The notes: generated by a model not told the origin, from the sequence alone. DNA of 57,635 nt, filler included, from Squatina squatina (GCA_031763465.1; 3 parts of 3 records of this genome joined end to end with filler, not necessarily neighbours in it); one strand, 5' to 3'; shown: positions 38,794-50,505, counted from the first letter of the whole stretch. Numbers and translations are program-made.

Positions 38794-39579
38794 GTGGGTT
38801 GATTTACATACCGTAATGCAACAGACTGATACACAAATATAGCTAAGACATTAGAAGCTCCAAAATACACCACAGCCCAGCTCCCGTTTTGTGTGCGCAT
38901 GCTCACTTGTTTTTTTTGCACCTGCAGTCTTGAGACACCACATAATCCATGACACAGCCTTTTGAATTAACTACAATCAATTCAACACAAATAGCATTGT
39001 GCTGTTTCTTCAACTCCAGGTTCAATACTGTTGACCACAGCACTAATTTCCTTTCATCCATTTAAAATTAATTAGATTAAAAAATTCTAATCTGTGCTAC
39101 CATGTACCATTATCTGAATGACGATGCTTATTGTCTGGGTAACTAAGTGTGCTTCAAACAGTTTGATGAAAATAGTGAAATCTATAAATTAGGGTCACCT
39201 TTGGGACTTGTATCAGGTACCCTTTTTTTTTGCAGGTGTTCATATTTTCAAAATGGCCAGTGTGTGTACTGGACGTACTGTACAGTAGTTTCAACCAGGT
39301 TGTATGAAGATAGTTGTAAGTTGGCAAGATAGGCTTGTTCATATGGCAATCAATGGATTGATTAACTTTACCTAGTAAATACAGTACTGTACTAAAATTC
39401 ATGCAAACCAATCTAAAATGGTATTTTTATTTTCATACAAATAAAACACATACAGTACATTCATCTTTCAAGGGTCACTTAACGAGATAGTCAGTGATTG
39501 ATGCCTGGACAGTACAACCTAATAACTTCATGTAGCTGTCAGTTGCATCAGATTCCACTGTGCTAATATGGGAAAACAA

Positions 39580-39800
39580 TGGCCTTGAATTTGAGGGTTC
39601 CGCAGGAAAATGCCTCCGATCCACAAACAAAATGCCCAGGTACCTGGTGGTGTGGGAGGTACGGAGATTTGCGGTCCCGGGGCTTTCTGGGCACCCATGG
39701 GAGGAAGCCCACGTATCTCGGGGCACAGGCAGTTCGCAAGCGTCCATGGGATCATGTGGGCTGGCCCAACCAATAAAAGGGGATCCCCATTCATGCTTAC
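39580..39800. mobile_element. Left part of a GC-rich MITE
   Basis: Starts ggccttgaattt, is GC-rich and is interrupted by a CR1 3' fragment. Confidence 0.4.
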
Positions 39801-39930
39801 GGAGATTCAAAAAGGGAGTTAGATATGGCCCTTATGGCTAAAGGGATCAGGGAGTATGGAGAGAAAGCAGGTACGGGGTACTGAGTTGCATGATCAGTCA
39901 TGATCATATTGAATGGCGGTGCAGGCTCGA
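39800..39930 (+). mobile_element. CR1 3' end fragment
   Basis: ttcaaaagggagttagat...gatcagtcatgatcatattgaatggcggtgcaggctcga, homologous to 50150-50270. Confidence 0.8.
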
Positions 39931-40454
39931 NNNNNNNNNNNNNNNNNNNNNNNNNNNNNNNNNNNNNNNNNNNNNNNNNNNNNNNNNNNNNNNNNNNNNN
40001 NNNNNNNNNNNNNNNNNNNNNNNNNNNNNNCACGTTCTGCTGCGACACCAGCCAATTTTGGAGGAAAATCCAGCCCAAAGTGTCTCTAAACCATTGTGGC
40101 CTATGTGTATTTACATAAAGTAATTTAGTCTTTTTTAAAGTTTGCTGCATGAAATGGGAGAGGAAGGAGAATGTGTTGCGTTCATCACAACTGAAATCTT
40201 GATGGCTAGAATTTTTAATTGGGCTATCTGTTGAGCACCAATTTTAAGACCCACCTCTATTAAAATGTTTATGGTGGTGTGGCTATCCATGAGAAATAAT
40301 TTATTATCTAAGTGACTCCAGAAGGGTTCAAAGTGTTTTCTCTATATTTCATTAATATCATCTCCTTGCCACACATAGGATGGAATGGGGTTACTGTGGA
40401 TCTGTCCCATTTCCATTTTCCACTGAAAGCAATCACCATTCTTCTTTTCCGCAG

Positions 40455-40587
40455 GTTGATGAAATTATGTTGACATTGAAGCAAGCCTTCACTGCAGCTG
40501 CTGTCCATCAAAACATGAAGATCCAAGCTCAACTGTGTGAGGGCTGTCCAATGAACTGCCTTCACAAATTATGTGAAAAGATAGAAG
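40455..40587 (+). CDS. TBC1D1: TBC1D1 exon (end of PTB2)
   Basis: ttccgcag|GTT...GAA G|gtagtg, 133 nt. Encodes [44 protein letters not shown]. Confidence 0.95.
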
Positions 40588-40659
40588 GTAGTGTGTTTAA
40601 AAAACCTTCGTTATCACTTTTCATTTCCTGTTTTGCCCCATGCAACTGATTTCTTCCTA

Positions 40660-41067
40660 TCCCGACTCAACTTTTTCTCCCCATGTCTAGTCTCTTCCCA
40701 CCTACATCCGTGACTCTTCCGATGCACTCCAACACTTTAACAGTTTCCAGTATCCTGGTCCTAACTGTCTCCTTTTCACCATTGATCTACAATCCTTCTA
40801 AACCTCCATCCCCCACCAGGACGGCCTGAGGGCGCTCCACTTCTTCCTTGAACAGAGGCCCAACCAGTTCCCATCCACCACCATCCTCCTCTGCCTGGCT
40901 GAACTTGTTCTCACATTGAACAACTTCTCCTTTGACTACACTCACTTCCTCCAAATTAAAGGTGTTGCTATGGGCACCCGCATGGGTCCTAGCTATGCCT
41001 GCCTTTTCATGGGATATGTGGAACATTCTTTGTTCCAGTCCTACTCAGGCCCCCTCCCCAACCTCTT
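40660..41067 (+). mobile_element. Penelope-like retroelement reverse transcriptase fragment (inactive)
   Basis: LPTYIRDSSDAL...LLFTIDLQSF*TSIPHQDGL...VLTLNNFSFDYTHFLQIKGVAMGTRMGPSYACLFMGYVE, with an in-frame stop at 40799-40801. Confidence 0.9.
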
Positions 41068-41735
41068 NNNNNNNNNNNNNNNNNNNNNNNNNNNNNNNNN
41101 NNNNNNNNNNNNNNNNNNNNNNNNNNNNNNNNNNNNNNNNNNNNNNNNNNNNNNNNNNNNNNNNNNNAAAAGTTTTGAGGCTGAAGTCCCAAGTGTGTTT
41201 TAGTCTTTGGCTTGCCTTATTCGGGAGAATTCAGCAGGTTATTGCCAAGCTACTAGATGGAGTGCCATCCAACAGTAACATTTTTCTGCCTTAACCTGAC
41301 ATTACTCACCTTTCCCCAATTAAACAGGTAGCCAAGATTCCTTTTAATAAAAAATGAGAAAATTGAGGTTTTTTTCTGTTGTTAAATCCCTTTCTGTGGC
41401 TTTGAAATGTGTGATCTCTGACGATGCAGGTTTGTTAGCTAATCATTATTTACGGAGACAACAGTCATTCTTCCATTTTGCATTGGAGTTTTAGCCCAAC
41501 CTCCAATAGCAAGTGAGGAATGATGATTGTGGAGAGCAGTGCCCCAGATAAGCGTTCTTCCAGCTGAATGTGTGGCTCAGAGTAGATGCCACGGGGAATT
41601 AAAATAAAAAATAATGAAAATCAGAAAAATATTTCAATGCATTTTTTTTTAAATGAAAGAGCAGTGCGCCAAAGAAGAGGTGGCTGGATGGTAGCCTTTT
41701 GTTAATTAAACTGAATTACTGTTGTGTCCACACAG

Positions 41736-41998
41736 ACTGCATCTTTGGATGAAAGTGATGAACAGACGCCTTCTATTAGTCCTGTGAAGTCTCATGGCTC
41801 CACAGGAAATTTGTTGCAAGACCTAGATAACAGCACTGAACCAACTCAACCAGCTTTTAGACGACGAGCCAATACCTTCAGTTATATGCCTTCCAGTGTT
41901 GAACAGACACAGCAGACCCTGGAGGAGACCCCATCCTTTCCCAAGCCAAAACTGATGAGGTATCACTCAGTGAGCACAGACACACCACACAAACAAAA
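41736..41998 (+). CDS. TBC1D1: TBC1D1 exon containing the Akt site
   Basis: cacacag|ACT...CAA AA|gtaaga, 263 nt. Encodes ...AFRRRANTFS...KLMRYHSVSTDTPH. Confidence 0.95.
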
Positions 41999-42569
41999 GT
42001 AAGATTTTGGATACTTTACAGACGACATCCACATCGTTATAATCTTTTCATTTGAAATCTTGCCTTTTATGCAATAACTATTCCTGACGAAAAGAGTTAC
42101 CATTGTTGTGTCCTTTTAAGATGTCTGTTACCTCATAAAGAGTGCCCTCTATGATGTACCAGTCTGTGCTATATTTTAAAACTGGCCAAACAAACTCTTG
42201 AAATTTTCTCAAAATATTGTATTCCTGTTTCCACTACAAGGCCCTTTACCTCCATTTGGAACCTTCAGTCGAGATGGACATAGTGGGCTGTCCAGTCCGT
42301 GGTCTTCTGTAGGGCTGCCTCCAGTGCTGAGGCACACTGCAGGACAAGACAAGAAATATCATTGTAATTACTTACGCCTTAAACTGAGGCCCATTAAAAG
42401 CTGATCGATATGAGGCATTAGTACTTATATAACCACAGTCGAGATTTATGTTTTTATAAATTCTGCAATTCAGTTTTTCGTTCCCAACCGTTGAGGTTTT
42501 TTGTGATAAACTGTCTGCTAAAGGCAGTTAGAATAAACAAATCTATGAATGACGTCCTCTGTGACATTG

Positions 42570-43124
42570 GCTTTGGTGGCTGATCCTTCCTATCCTTCAT
42601 GACCTTTCTTTCTCACATATTTGACACAGTTAATCATACAGTCCTCCTCTGTTGTCCAGTTCTGTGGAATTTCGTTTGTTTGCTTCTATTCCTACCTATC
42701 TGGATACAGCCAATGCATTTCTAGCAGTAACTTCTCTTCCTTTTCTTGTCCTGTCACCTCAAGAGTTCTGCAGGGATCAATCCTTTGCCCCCCAACTTGG
42801 CCTTTTCCTCATAATACTGATGTATGCTTCCATGGGTATACTGATGATACCCAGTTCTACCTCCCCGCCATTTCTCCCAACCTCACAACCACTTCTGTGC
42901 TGTCGGCTTGCGTTTTAACTTGGCCGACAAGTCTTGGACAAGTTAAAACTTCATTCAACGGAAAATCAGGAAAACAAAAGTTTTCAGTCTTGGCCACCAA
43001 CTCTATTCCTTTGACAGCGACTTTATCCCCCTCCCTGACCTCACGTTCATCTTCAGCAAGGTAGTGCACAACTTTGACATCCTGCATGATCCTCAGCTGA
43101 GCTTCAAGTCTTGTATCATTTCCA
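42570..43124 (+). mobile_element. Decayed L2 RT fragment
   Basis: FYSYLSGYSQ...VTSRVLQGSILCP...FHGYTDDTQFYL (degenerate GVPQGS and YADDTQ). Confidence 0.8.
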
Positions 43125-43509
43125 NNNNNNNNNNNNNNNNNNNNNNNNNNNNNNNNNNNNNNNNNNNNNNNNNNNNNNNNNNNNNNNNNNNNNNNNNNNN
43201 NNNNNNNNNNNNNNNNNNNNNNNNNNNNNNNNNNNNNNNNNNNNNNNNNNNNNNNNNNNNNNNNNNNNNNNNNNNNNNNNNNNNNNNNNNNNNNNNNNNN
43301 NNNNNNNNNNNNNNNNNNNNNNNNNNNNNNNNNNNNNNNNNNNNNNNNNNNNNNNNNNNNNNNNNNNNNNNNNNNNNNNNNNNNNNNNNNNNNNNNNNNN
43401 NNNNNNNNNNNNNNNNNNNNNNNNNNNNNNNNNNNNNNNNNNNNNNNNNNNNNNNNNNNNNNNNNNNNNNNNNNNNNNNNNNNNNNNNNNNNNNNNNNNN
43501 NNNNNNNNA

Positions 43510-43602
43510 TCACCAATGCATCCACTATTTCTGGGGCTACTTCCTTAAGCACTCTGGGATGCAGACTATCAGGCCCTGGGGATTTCTCTGCCTTCCACCA
43601 CT
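43510..43602 (-). mobile_element. CR1 ORF2 fragment
   Basis: KAEKSPGPDSLHPRVLKEVAPEIVDALV. Confidence 0.85.
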
Positions 43603-44408
43603 TCAATCTGACGAGATGCTAAGCAGAGATGAAGGATTCTGTTTTAGCAGCTTTATGTTGCTTCTACCTATGACTGATTGCGGAGAAACCAGTGGTCTGG
43701 ACTATTCTTTCTTCCTTGTGATTGAAGTGGGAGGTTTTTTGAGAGCAGCCTGCTGCAAAAGGTTAAAGTAAATGTTAAAAGCTCCTCTTGAGTTATTTTT
43801 GTGGGCCGGTTCCAGTTTTACTACGATTGATCTTTTCAAAGTCGCTGGAGCTCTTGCTTATCAAGACCCTTCCCATTCCCAGTGCAAGGCCCTGCTGGAG
43901 GCGGGGGTGGGGGGGGCACAGGGGCAGGCCAGCCTTGGGAGGGCACCCCGGCTACACAATGGCCTGGCCCGGCCTGGAAATTTGGCTTCACTCATCTCAA
44001 CAGCTGCAGCGTAAAAGAGGCGTCTGGAGCCTGCCGTACGTCAAGAGAGGCCGAGAGGAAGATCGGATCTTACGAGTTACACATCAAATCTAATTATGCA
44101 GGCTAAGGGCACCTCTGGTGCACTGCATTTGTTAAGGGATGAGTACAACCAGATTTCTAGGCCAGGCCATTTGTGTAGCCTCCGTTGTATCAGCAAAGAG
44201 TTTGGGTACCGTTTAGCAAACTCTGCGAATTAATGTGCCTTAATTAGCACTTTTGTACTTCGATCCTTATTCTGAGGACATTTCCAGAGCTGTAAAGATT
44301 CTACAACAGCTACATTACTGTTCGTTAAATTTTTTTAAACAAAATGTGAAGTTTTATTTTCTGATTATGGCCACTTGTCTCTGTCTCTCCTGTTTGCTGG
44401 ATATGTAG

Positions 44409-44567
44409 CCTGAACATATCAATTGGTAACACTAACGTCAAATCGCCACAACCCAGGTTGCACAGGACTGTAGATCACCTGCGGTCTTCTACCTCTACTC
44501 CAAATTTTTTTAAGTATTTGAAGACTAGCTCCAGTGGAAGGGATGGTGGGCTGATATTGAAAAGAAG
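44409..44567 (+). CDS. TBC1D1: TBC1D1 alternative (long, muscle-isoform) cassette exon
   Basis: atgtag|C CTG AAC...AGA AG|gtgagg, 159 nt, phase 2-2 and compatible with the phase-2 donor at 41998. Encodes LNISIGNTNVKSPQPRLHRTVDHLRSSTSTPNFFKYLKTSSSGRDGGLILKR, compared with recalled mammalian RLNPSASSPNFFKYLKHNSSG. Confidence 0.88.
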
Positions 44568-44969
44568 GTGAGGCAACTTGTTCCCAGATATGGAGGCATG
44601 ACTGACGGATGCTTTGCCTGCTGTGTCATGCTCATAGTGTGATGGTGTGGTATGCTGTGCGCGTCCAAGGCGTGATGGTGTGTGCCACCTAATTCTTGCA
44701 GGAGCCAAACAATTAGCCAGCACACACGTACTAAGTATGCAAGAGCATGTAGGGCAATAATGGAGTAAGCATTAAACACTCATTCATGGCGGTGGTGAAT
44801 ATGGGCTGTGAGATTACGGAATAAAAACGGGAGCTTTTAATTTTGGCCATATTAGCACAAAAGAATAGAACACAGAAAATCCCCATAGAATCTTGCTTCT
44901 GTCTGTAACCTTAGATGATTAAAACNNNNNNNNNNNNNNNNNNNNNNNNNNNNNNNNNNNNNNNNNNNN

Positions 44970-44981
44970 TTAATTAATTAA
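44970..44981. other. Artificial six-frame-stop scaffold linker
   Basis: Second N44-TTAATTAATTAA-N44 block. Confidence 0.97.
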
Positions 44982-45025
44982 NNNNNNNNNNNNNNNNNNN
45001 NNNNNNNNNNNNNNNNNNNNNNNNN

Positions 45026-45276
45026 TTAACAGATTTCCAGTGCAAGCTTTGCAAAAATCTCGCAAAGCTCAGCGCTGGAAATCTGTTTTCCAGCCTAAGC
45101 GTTGGATCTGTCAAGACAGATCCTGACAGATCGCGAATGCCGGATCTGCGGGCATGCGCTGAGCAGCCACCGATCCGGCATTTGCGATGTCTCCCCGGGT
45201 GCCTGGGAACATCGTTCCCACCGGGGGAGATCGTGATTTCAGGGTCATTAATCTGGCAGTGGAGTAAATCTGAGCC
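45026..45276. mobile_element. Right part of a GC-rich MITE
   Basis: CpG-rich block ending in gtaaatctgagcc, about 37 nt from a CEP131 donor site. Confidence 0.4.
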
Positions 45277-45313
45277 TCTAAGATCCTGCAAATCTAAACA
45301 TGCTTCATCCCAC

Positions 45314-45510
45314 CTTTTGTGGACCTCCTCCAGCTCTTCCTCCTTCTCCTTTGTGATTCGTTCCACTTCCAAACGATAACGTGCTCTCACCTCAGACATC
45401 TCTGTCTTTAGCCGCTTGTTTTCTTCCTCGGTGCTTACCAACCGGTCTGCAAACTCCTGACGAATGACTTCTGCTAAACTGTTTCTCTCTTCTGTAAGTC
45501 GGTCTTTGAT
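45314..45510 (-). CDS. CEP131: Centrosomal protein 131 (AZI1) exon
   Basis: aaccag|ATC...AAA AG|gtggga, 197 nt. Encodes IKDRLTEERNSLAEVIRQEFADRLVSTEEENKRLKTEMSEVRARYRLEVERITKEKEEELEEVHK. Confidence 0.93.
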
Positions 45511-46015
45511 CTGGTTCCAAAAGGAAAAATAAAATGACAAGTTACACTAACCCCACAATAATCCAATGGCATATCTTTATTAGGTTTCATTCAATTATAA
45601 CGACAGTGTCCCACCATGCGTTTTATTTTTAAAAGGATGAATGAGCAACGTTAATAAATTGGTCCTTGCACATTTTGCTACGGGTGGTGGCTGAGGATTT
45701 GTAACTGAATAAATACCAAGCCACATTGGGGCTCAAACCACATAACAGCTCTTGGAGGCTGACACGGCACAAGCTCCTGTTCCCAAAGTACTTCGGAGGA
45801 GAAAATCAAACAGCAATATAGACAGGCAAGTGTAATGACCCAACTAAGAGAGCCACGAGTGGACAGGGTCTTTGTAATATTTAGTACTATTGAAAGATAA
45901 AACCTGGCTGTGACAAGGTTGCCCAGGTAATGTTGTGGATTTTGTACCGTGCACCAACTTTGGAAAATGGCTTTCGTGCTTTTTCAGAGATTAACGGTCC
46001 GTGAATCTACTTTCG

Positions 46016-46207
46016 TGTCAGCCTTGGCTCAGTGGTCGCACTCTTGTCTCTGACTCCAAAAGGTTGTGGTTTCAAGCCACACACACCAGAGACTTGAGCA
46101 CATACTCTAAGCTGACACTTCAGTACAGTACCGAGGGAGTGCTGCACTGTCAGAGCTGCCGTCTTCCAGATGAGATGTGAAACCTAGACCCCGTCTACCC
46201 GTTCAGG
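46016..46207 (+). mobile_element. 5' half of a SacSINE1-like SINE
   Basis: Colinear with 21222-21410. Confidence 0.8.
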
Positions 46208-46242
46208 GCGAGGGGGAGGAATTTCAAAGTGCCACAGAGCTC

Positions 46243-46245
<3 letters not shown>

Positions 46246-46279
<34 letters not shown>
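46246..46279. repeat. (GA)17 microsatellite
   Basis: Perfect dinucleotide run. Confidence 0.95.
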
Positions 46280-46288
<9 letters not shown>

Positions 46289-47559
46289 TTAAGAAAAAGC
46301 TCCTCTTCTTTCTTCTACTGGTTTCAATTGCTTTGCTGAAACCAGTCCAACAATGTTCAGCTTCACCTCCTCTCCCCATGGGCCTCGCAACCCACTGAGC
46401 ATTCGGATGGTCAAACCACTGAGAGTGGAGCAATGTTAGGGAAATTCCAAGTGTAATGCTTATGTAAATTGTACTATTTTAAAACTTCTCTTTTTACTGC
46501 AGACCAACAATATTGAAAATGAATCTCTAGCAACCATCTGTTTTTCTGAAGATTCTGTTAAGCATTTACCACTTTCTATTTGTATAGAAGGGACATTTTG
46601 CCAAAAGGTTTTATGAAGCATTATAAAAATAATAAAATACTGCATTAATCATTGATCAAAGTTCTGGTGATGGTTTACTAAACAACCCTGGCTGTTAGGC
46701 ACATTTTATCAAGTTACCGGACGTGGGAGGAAAGAATTGATTGCTTTTTAATAATTTTTTGAAAGATTTTCATGCAATAAAAGTCCTACTATGTTGTATA
46801 ATTTAATTGAATTAAGTTGTTTGCCTCACAGTGTCTGTCAATTAGAATATGTATAAATTACAGGGGGTAAGATTCTAGCCTCGGAACAACTTTCAAGTTG
46901 TGCATTTATGTTTGCGGCAAACCTGTTGGGTGTGATGTTTGAGATGTCAAGATTCTGAGTAACATATTGAATGTTTGTGTGAAGAACTGGGTGAAAAATC
47001 TACTTGCAAGATAGAAGAACACAAAGGAATGGTATGGACCAAATCAAGCAATGAACTGGCAATCACATGGGAAAAGCACAAGACTGTGAAGCAGAATCAA
47101 AGCAAGCCTGAAATCATCCAACAAAAATCACAGAAACTGTGCAGAGACAGAGGAGCAGGTTAATAGTCCAAAGTTAATATTGCACTAGGGTCACTGCGGA
47201 AACACATCATGGGTCGGCCACCATTTAACAATAAGGCCTCAGAACAAACAACTGGGGGTTTCTGGTAAACTTAGCATGAACTTGAGTCAATGTTTTGATA
47301 AATCAGATAATCTGTTCACAAATTAAAATAAAGTTCAGCTGTCTCCTCTGGGGGTATTTTATTTAGACACAGCTGGTAATAGCGAATCAATATGCCCATT
47401 CTGTACTTTATGCTCAGTTAACAGTTTTCCCCTCATTGCTCAAAGCAGTAACGCACAGTGGTGTAGCATCCCGCATGTGCTATTAACCCATCAGTATTGC
47501 AATCAAGTGACCTTTCTTAAACAGTGAGCACAGACAGGCTACCTGAGGTTACAAAACAT

Positions 47560-47720
47560 CGATTTTGTTCCTTCCCAACATCCACAAATGTCCAGCAGGG
47601 ACCACCAGACAGAATCAGGAGTGGGAGCTCTAGTCAACTTTCCCCTCCCCTTAGCCGAGAGCACGGAGGCCAATTATAGTCGCTGCACTGGCACCAAAGC
47701 TGAGATAAGCAAATGAGCAA
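47560..47720 (-). mobile_element. Old SINE-like repeat (second family)
   Basis: Colinear with 49065-49225 (cagcagg...cagga...ttccc...gccaatt...agctga). Confidence 0.5.
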
Positions 47721-47850
47721 CCGAGTTGACCAGCTTTACGAGCATTATGTTACTGAATACCATTCATGGAGATGGCGCATGATAGAACTGTCTTGTGATG
47801 TGAAGTGTGAAAGAAATGGCAAACAACATCAAAAAACACATCAGTGTTAC

Positions 47851-48028
47851 CTTCTTTATATCTTCTATTTCTTGTTCTTTATATCTGAATAATCCCTTGA
47901 ACCGGATAGTCTCTCCCTCTGCTTCCATCAGCTGTGCCTTCAGTTCATGGCACCTTTCCTGCAGATTGCATTCCGAACGTTCCAGTTCCCTCAGCTCCGA
48001 TTCATATTTGTGACGAACATGCTTAATC
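47851..48028 (-). CDS. CEP131: CEP131 exon
   Basis: cttgtag|G ATT...AAG AAG|gtaaca, 178 nt. Encodes IKHVRHKYESELRELERSECNLQERCHELKAQLMEAEGETIRFKGLFRYKEQEIEDIKK and splices in phase 0 to 45510. Confidence 0.94.
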
Positions 48029-49019
48029 CTACAAGAAGTTAGTTTTACATATTGGTTTGTAGTTGTGCTTCACTTGGTTTAATACAACAGTATTAGCCTT
48101 TCCAAATGAAAGTTTATTTTGTCCCTGATAATTGTTTCCAATAACTTCCNNNNNNNNNNNNNNNNNNNNNNNNNNNNNNNNNNNNNNNNNNNNNNNNNNN
48201 NNNNNNNNNNNNNNNNNNNNNNNNNNNNNNNNNNNNNNNNNNNNNNNNNATATATAATATTTTAAATTTGACGGTATTGAGCATTGGGTCACCTGGATTT
48301 AGATTCAGAACGTATATTTTTATTTTATTTTAGGGAGGAGATGGGTAGAAAAAACAAGATTGAAATTGATCAATGAACTGATGTGTTTATATATCACCTA
48401 GGCAATTCACTTTTCCACACATCTTGGCTTCTTTGCGCTTATAAACGAATATTTGAAAGTGAAAACAAAACTGCGATGAAAGAAGGCCTGGTCCATTTTC
48501 TCGATCTTGGTGTCATGAAATATCCTTTCAGAACACGAGAACTATCTGAGGTAAGTTTGTGAAATTTGCTACACTTGCAAAACCTGTTGGCAGCAATTTC
48601 CCCATTTGCCCTACAACAGGAAACAAAAACAGAAAAATCATACTTTTAGTCAAGATGCAGGTTACTTGGTGTTGTCACTCGATCAAGCTTCTGTGATGCT
48701 GGTCAACATCAGGTAATGTTGGCGTCCTGCTTCAGAACCTGCATGTCCTGCCACTGCAGCTTTCAGTGATTAACGTTCAAGAATGGTATTTAGTATGTTG
48801 TGTGACATGGGAAGGGCATCCGATAGGCATTTTCATGTGAAGAATGCAGCCAATCCTGTATCTATAAAAGTTCTCAAAAAATATGTATCTTTTAATCCTT
48901 TCTACCTTATTTTCTCTCTCTTTCCCCTTACCCCACCTCCTCCCCCATGTCTTTTTTCAAGGCACTGACTCTTTCTGGGGTACAGTTCTATCGGTAAGCA
49001 TACAAATGGAGAGTCTTCA

Positions 49020-49228
49020 AGCTATTTAACCTTGGGGAGGGCATCACAGCACAGTCCAATCCGTTGTCTCGCCCGATGACGGCACACGTGCATTTTGAGC
49101 AGGAGTCACTGGGTGATAATGAGGAACAGAAACCCTTGCCAGTTATCCCTTTCCTAACCCAGGGGTGCTGAGCCCAATGGTAGTGCTCCTACCAGCATCA
49201 TAGCTGAAATCAGTCAATTCAGAACAGG
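49020..49228 (-). mobile_element. Old SINE-like repeat (second family)
   Basis: Homologous to 47560-47720, and in the opposite orientation to 49255-49370 and 50305-50360. Confidence 0.5.
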
Positions 49229-49854
49229 GCCACTTGTTTCTGCGAGTGTATGATGTATAAAGCCACGCAGGCCAGAATGTCCCAAGTTCAATTCTGAGTC
49301 AGTATTGAACTGGCTTCGCTTTGATGGGGGCAAAGGTGCTACAACTGACATCAGTGCCTCAGAGTTGCGCGGAGCGGGTAAAAGCATGCAAAGTTCACGC
49401 TCATAATTGCTATTCAGCAACTGCTGTCAGAAATGCACAGGTGTGGACACGCACTTTTGTAGTTCTCAATGCTTAATTTTCTATGTGGCCATTAGCTAAA
49501 CCTGCTCAGCCAATAGCCTCCTGCTGAAGCCATGTTTCCCTATACTAAGGATCAATTGGTCCTTACCTTTGGACCTTGCCTGGTAATTAGGAGAGGACAC
49601 AGTTTCCTTTGACAGGATGGGGTACCCCTTTTCAAGCAAACTGGATTTGGGGTAAACAGACAGTAGAGTAGTTCAGTTGAATGAAAATAAGGGTGGTAAG
49701 GTTAACCATGGAATACTTCCAGACTGTTTTACAGTGCAAGCCAGTATGTGTATGGTCTGAAACACTGCGGTGGGCAGTGGCCATCAAAACAGCATGGGGC
49801 TGGTGATCTCTTTCCTAACCACGATCCAATGACCTTTGCTGGAGGTGTACATGG

Positions 49855-50300
49855 GCTCCAAGGCTTAGATTGTCAGGAGAGATTACATAAACTAGGCTTG
49901 TATTCCTTGGAATACGGAAGGTTAACGGGTGATTTGATTGAGGTTTTTAGGATTTTGAAAGGAATGGATAGGGTAGATAGAGAGAAACTTTTTCCACTGG
50001 TGGGGTCGTCTAGGACAAGGGGACACAACCTTGAAATCAGAGGCAGGCCATCCAGGAGAGAAGTTAGGAAACACTTTATCACGCAAAGAATGAAAAAGTG
50101 TGGAACTGTCTCCCATAAAAAGCAGAGACGTTAGCTCAATTAATAATTTAAAATCTGGGATTGATAGATTTTTGCTAGACAAGGGTATAAAAGGAAATGG
50201 AGCCATGGCAGGTGGATCGAGTTAAGATACAGATCTGCCATGATCTCTTTGAATGGTGGAACCGGCTCGAGGGGCTGAATGGGCTACTCCTGTTCCTATA
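49855..50300 (+). mobile_element. CR1 LINE 3' end
   Basis: ERLHKLGLYSLEYGRLTGDLIEVFRILKGMDRVDREKLFPLVGSSRTRGHNLEI, followed by a 3' UTR. Confidence 0.92.
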
Positions 50301-50505
50301 TGTATGGGACATCAGATAAGGACAGGATCAGACTCTGTTGTGATACTCCCTACCATTGAATGATCTTACAACATCCACACGCAAATATCTGCCTCTATGA
50401 AATCAGAAGCTGTTTGACACCTGTACAAACAAGAAAACGAACAAGGATTATGTAACAAACCGCTATTAAGGCGGCATGCTAATACTTGGCACGAATTAAT
50501 TCTAC

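Noticed and set aside
42241-42345. Possible additional TBC1D1 exon (GPLPPFGTFSRDGHSG...)
   Set aside because: The open frame needs phase 1, but the upstream donor is phase 2, which stops at TAG. There is no convincing donor.
44974-45313. Extension of the CEP131 ORF past EEVHKR
   Set aside because: It is read-through of the AG|gtggga donor into intron and MITE sequence, ending at the artificial linker.
44567-45314. Apparent convergent TBC1D1/CEP131 neighbourhood
   Set aside because: The two genes are separated by an artificial scaffold linker, and both are incomplete.
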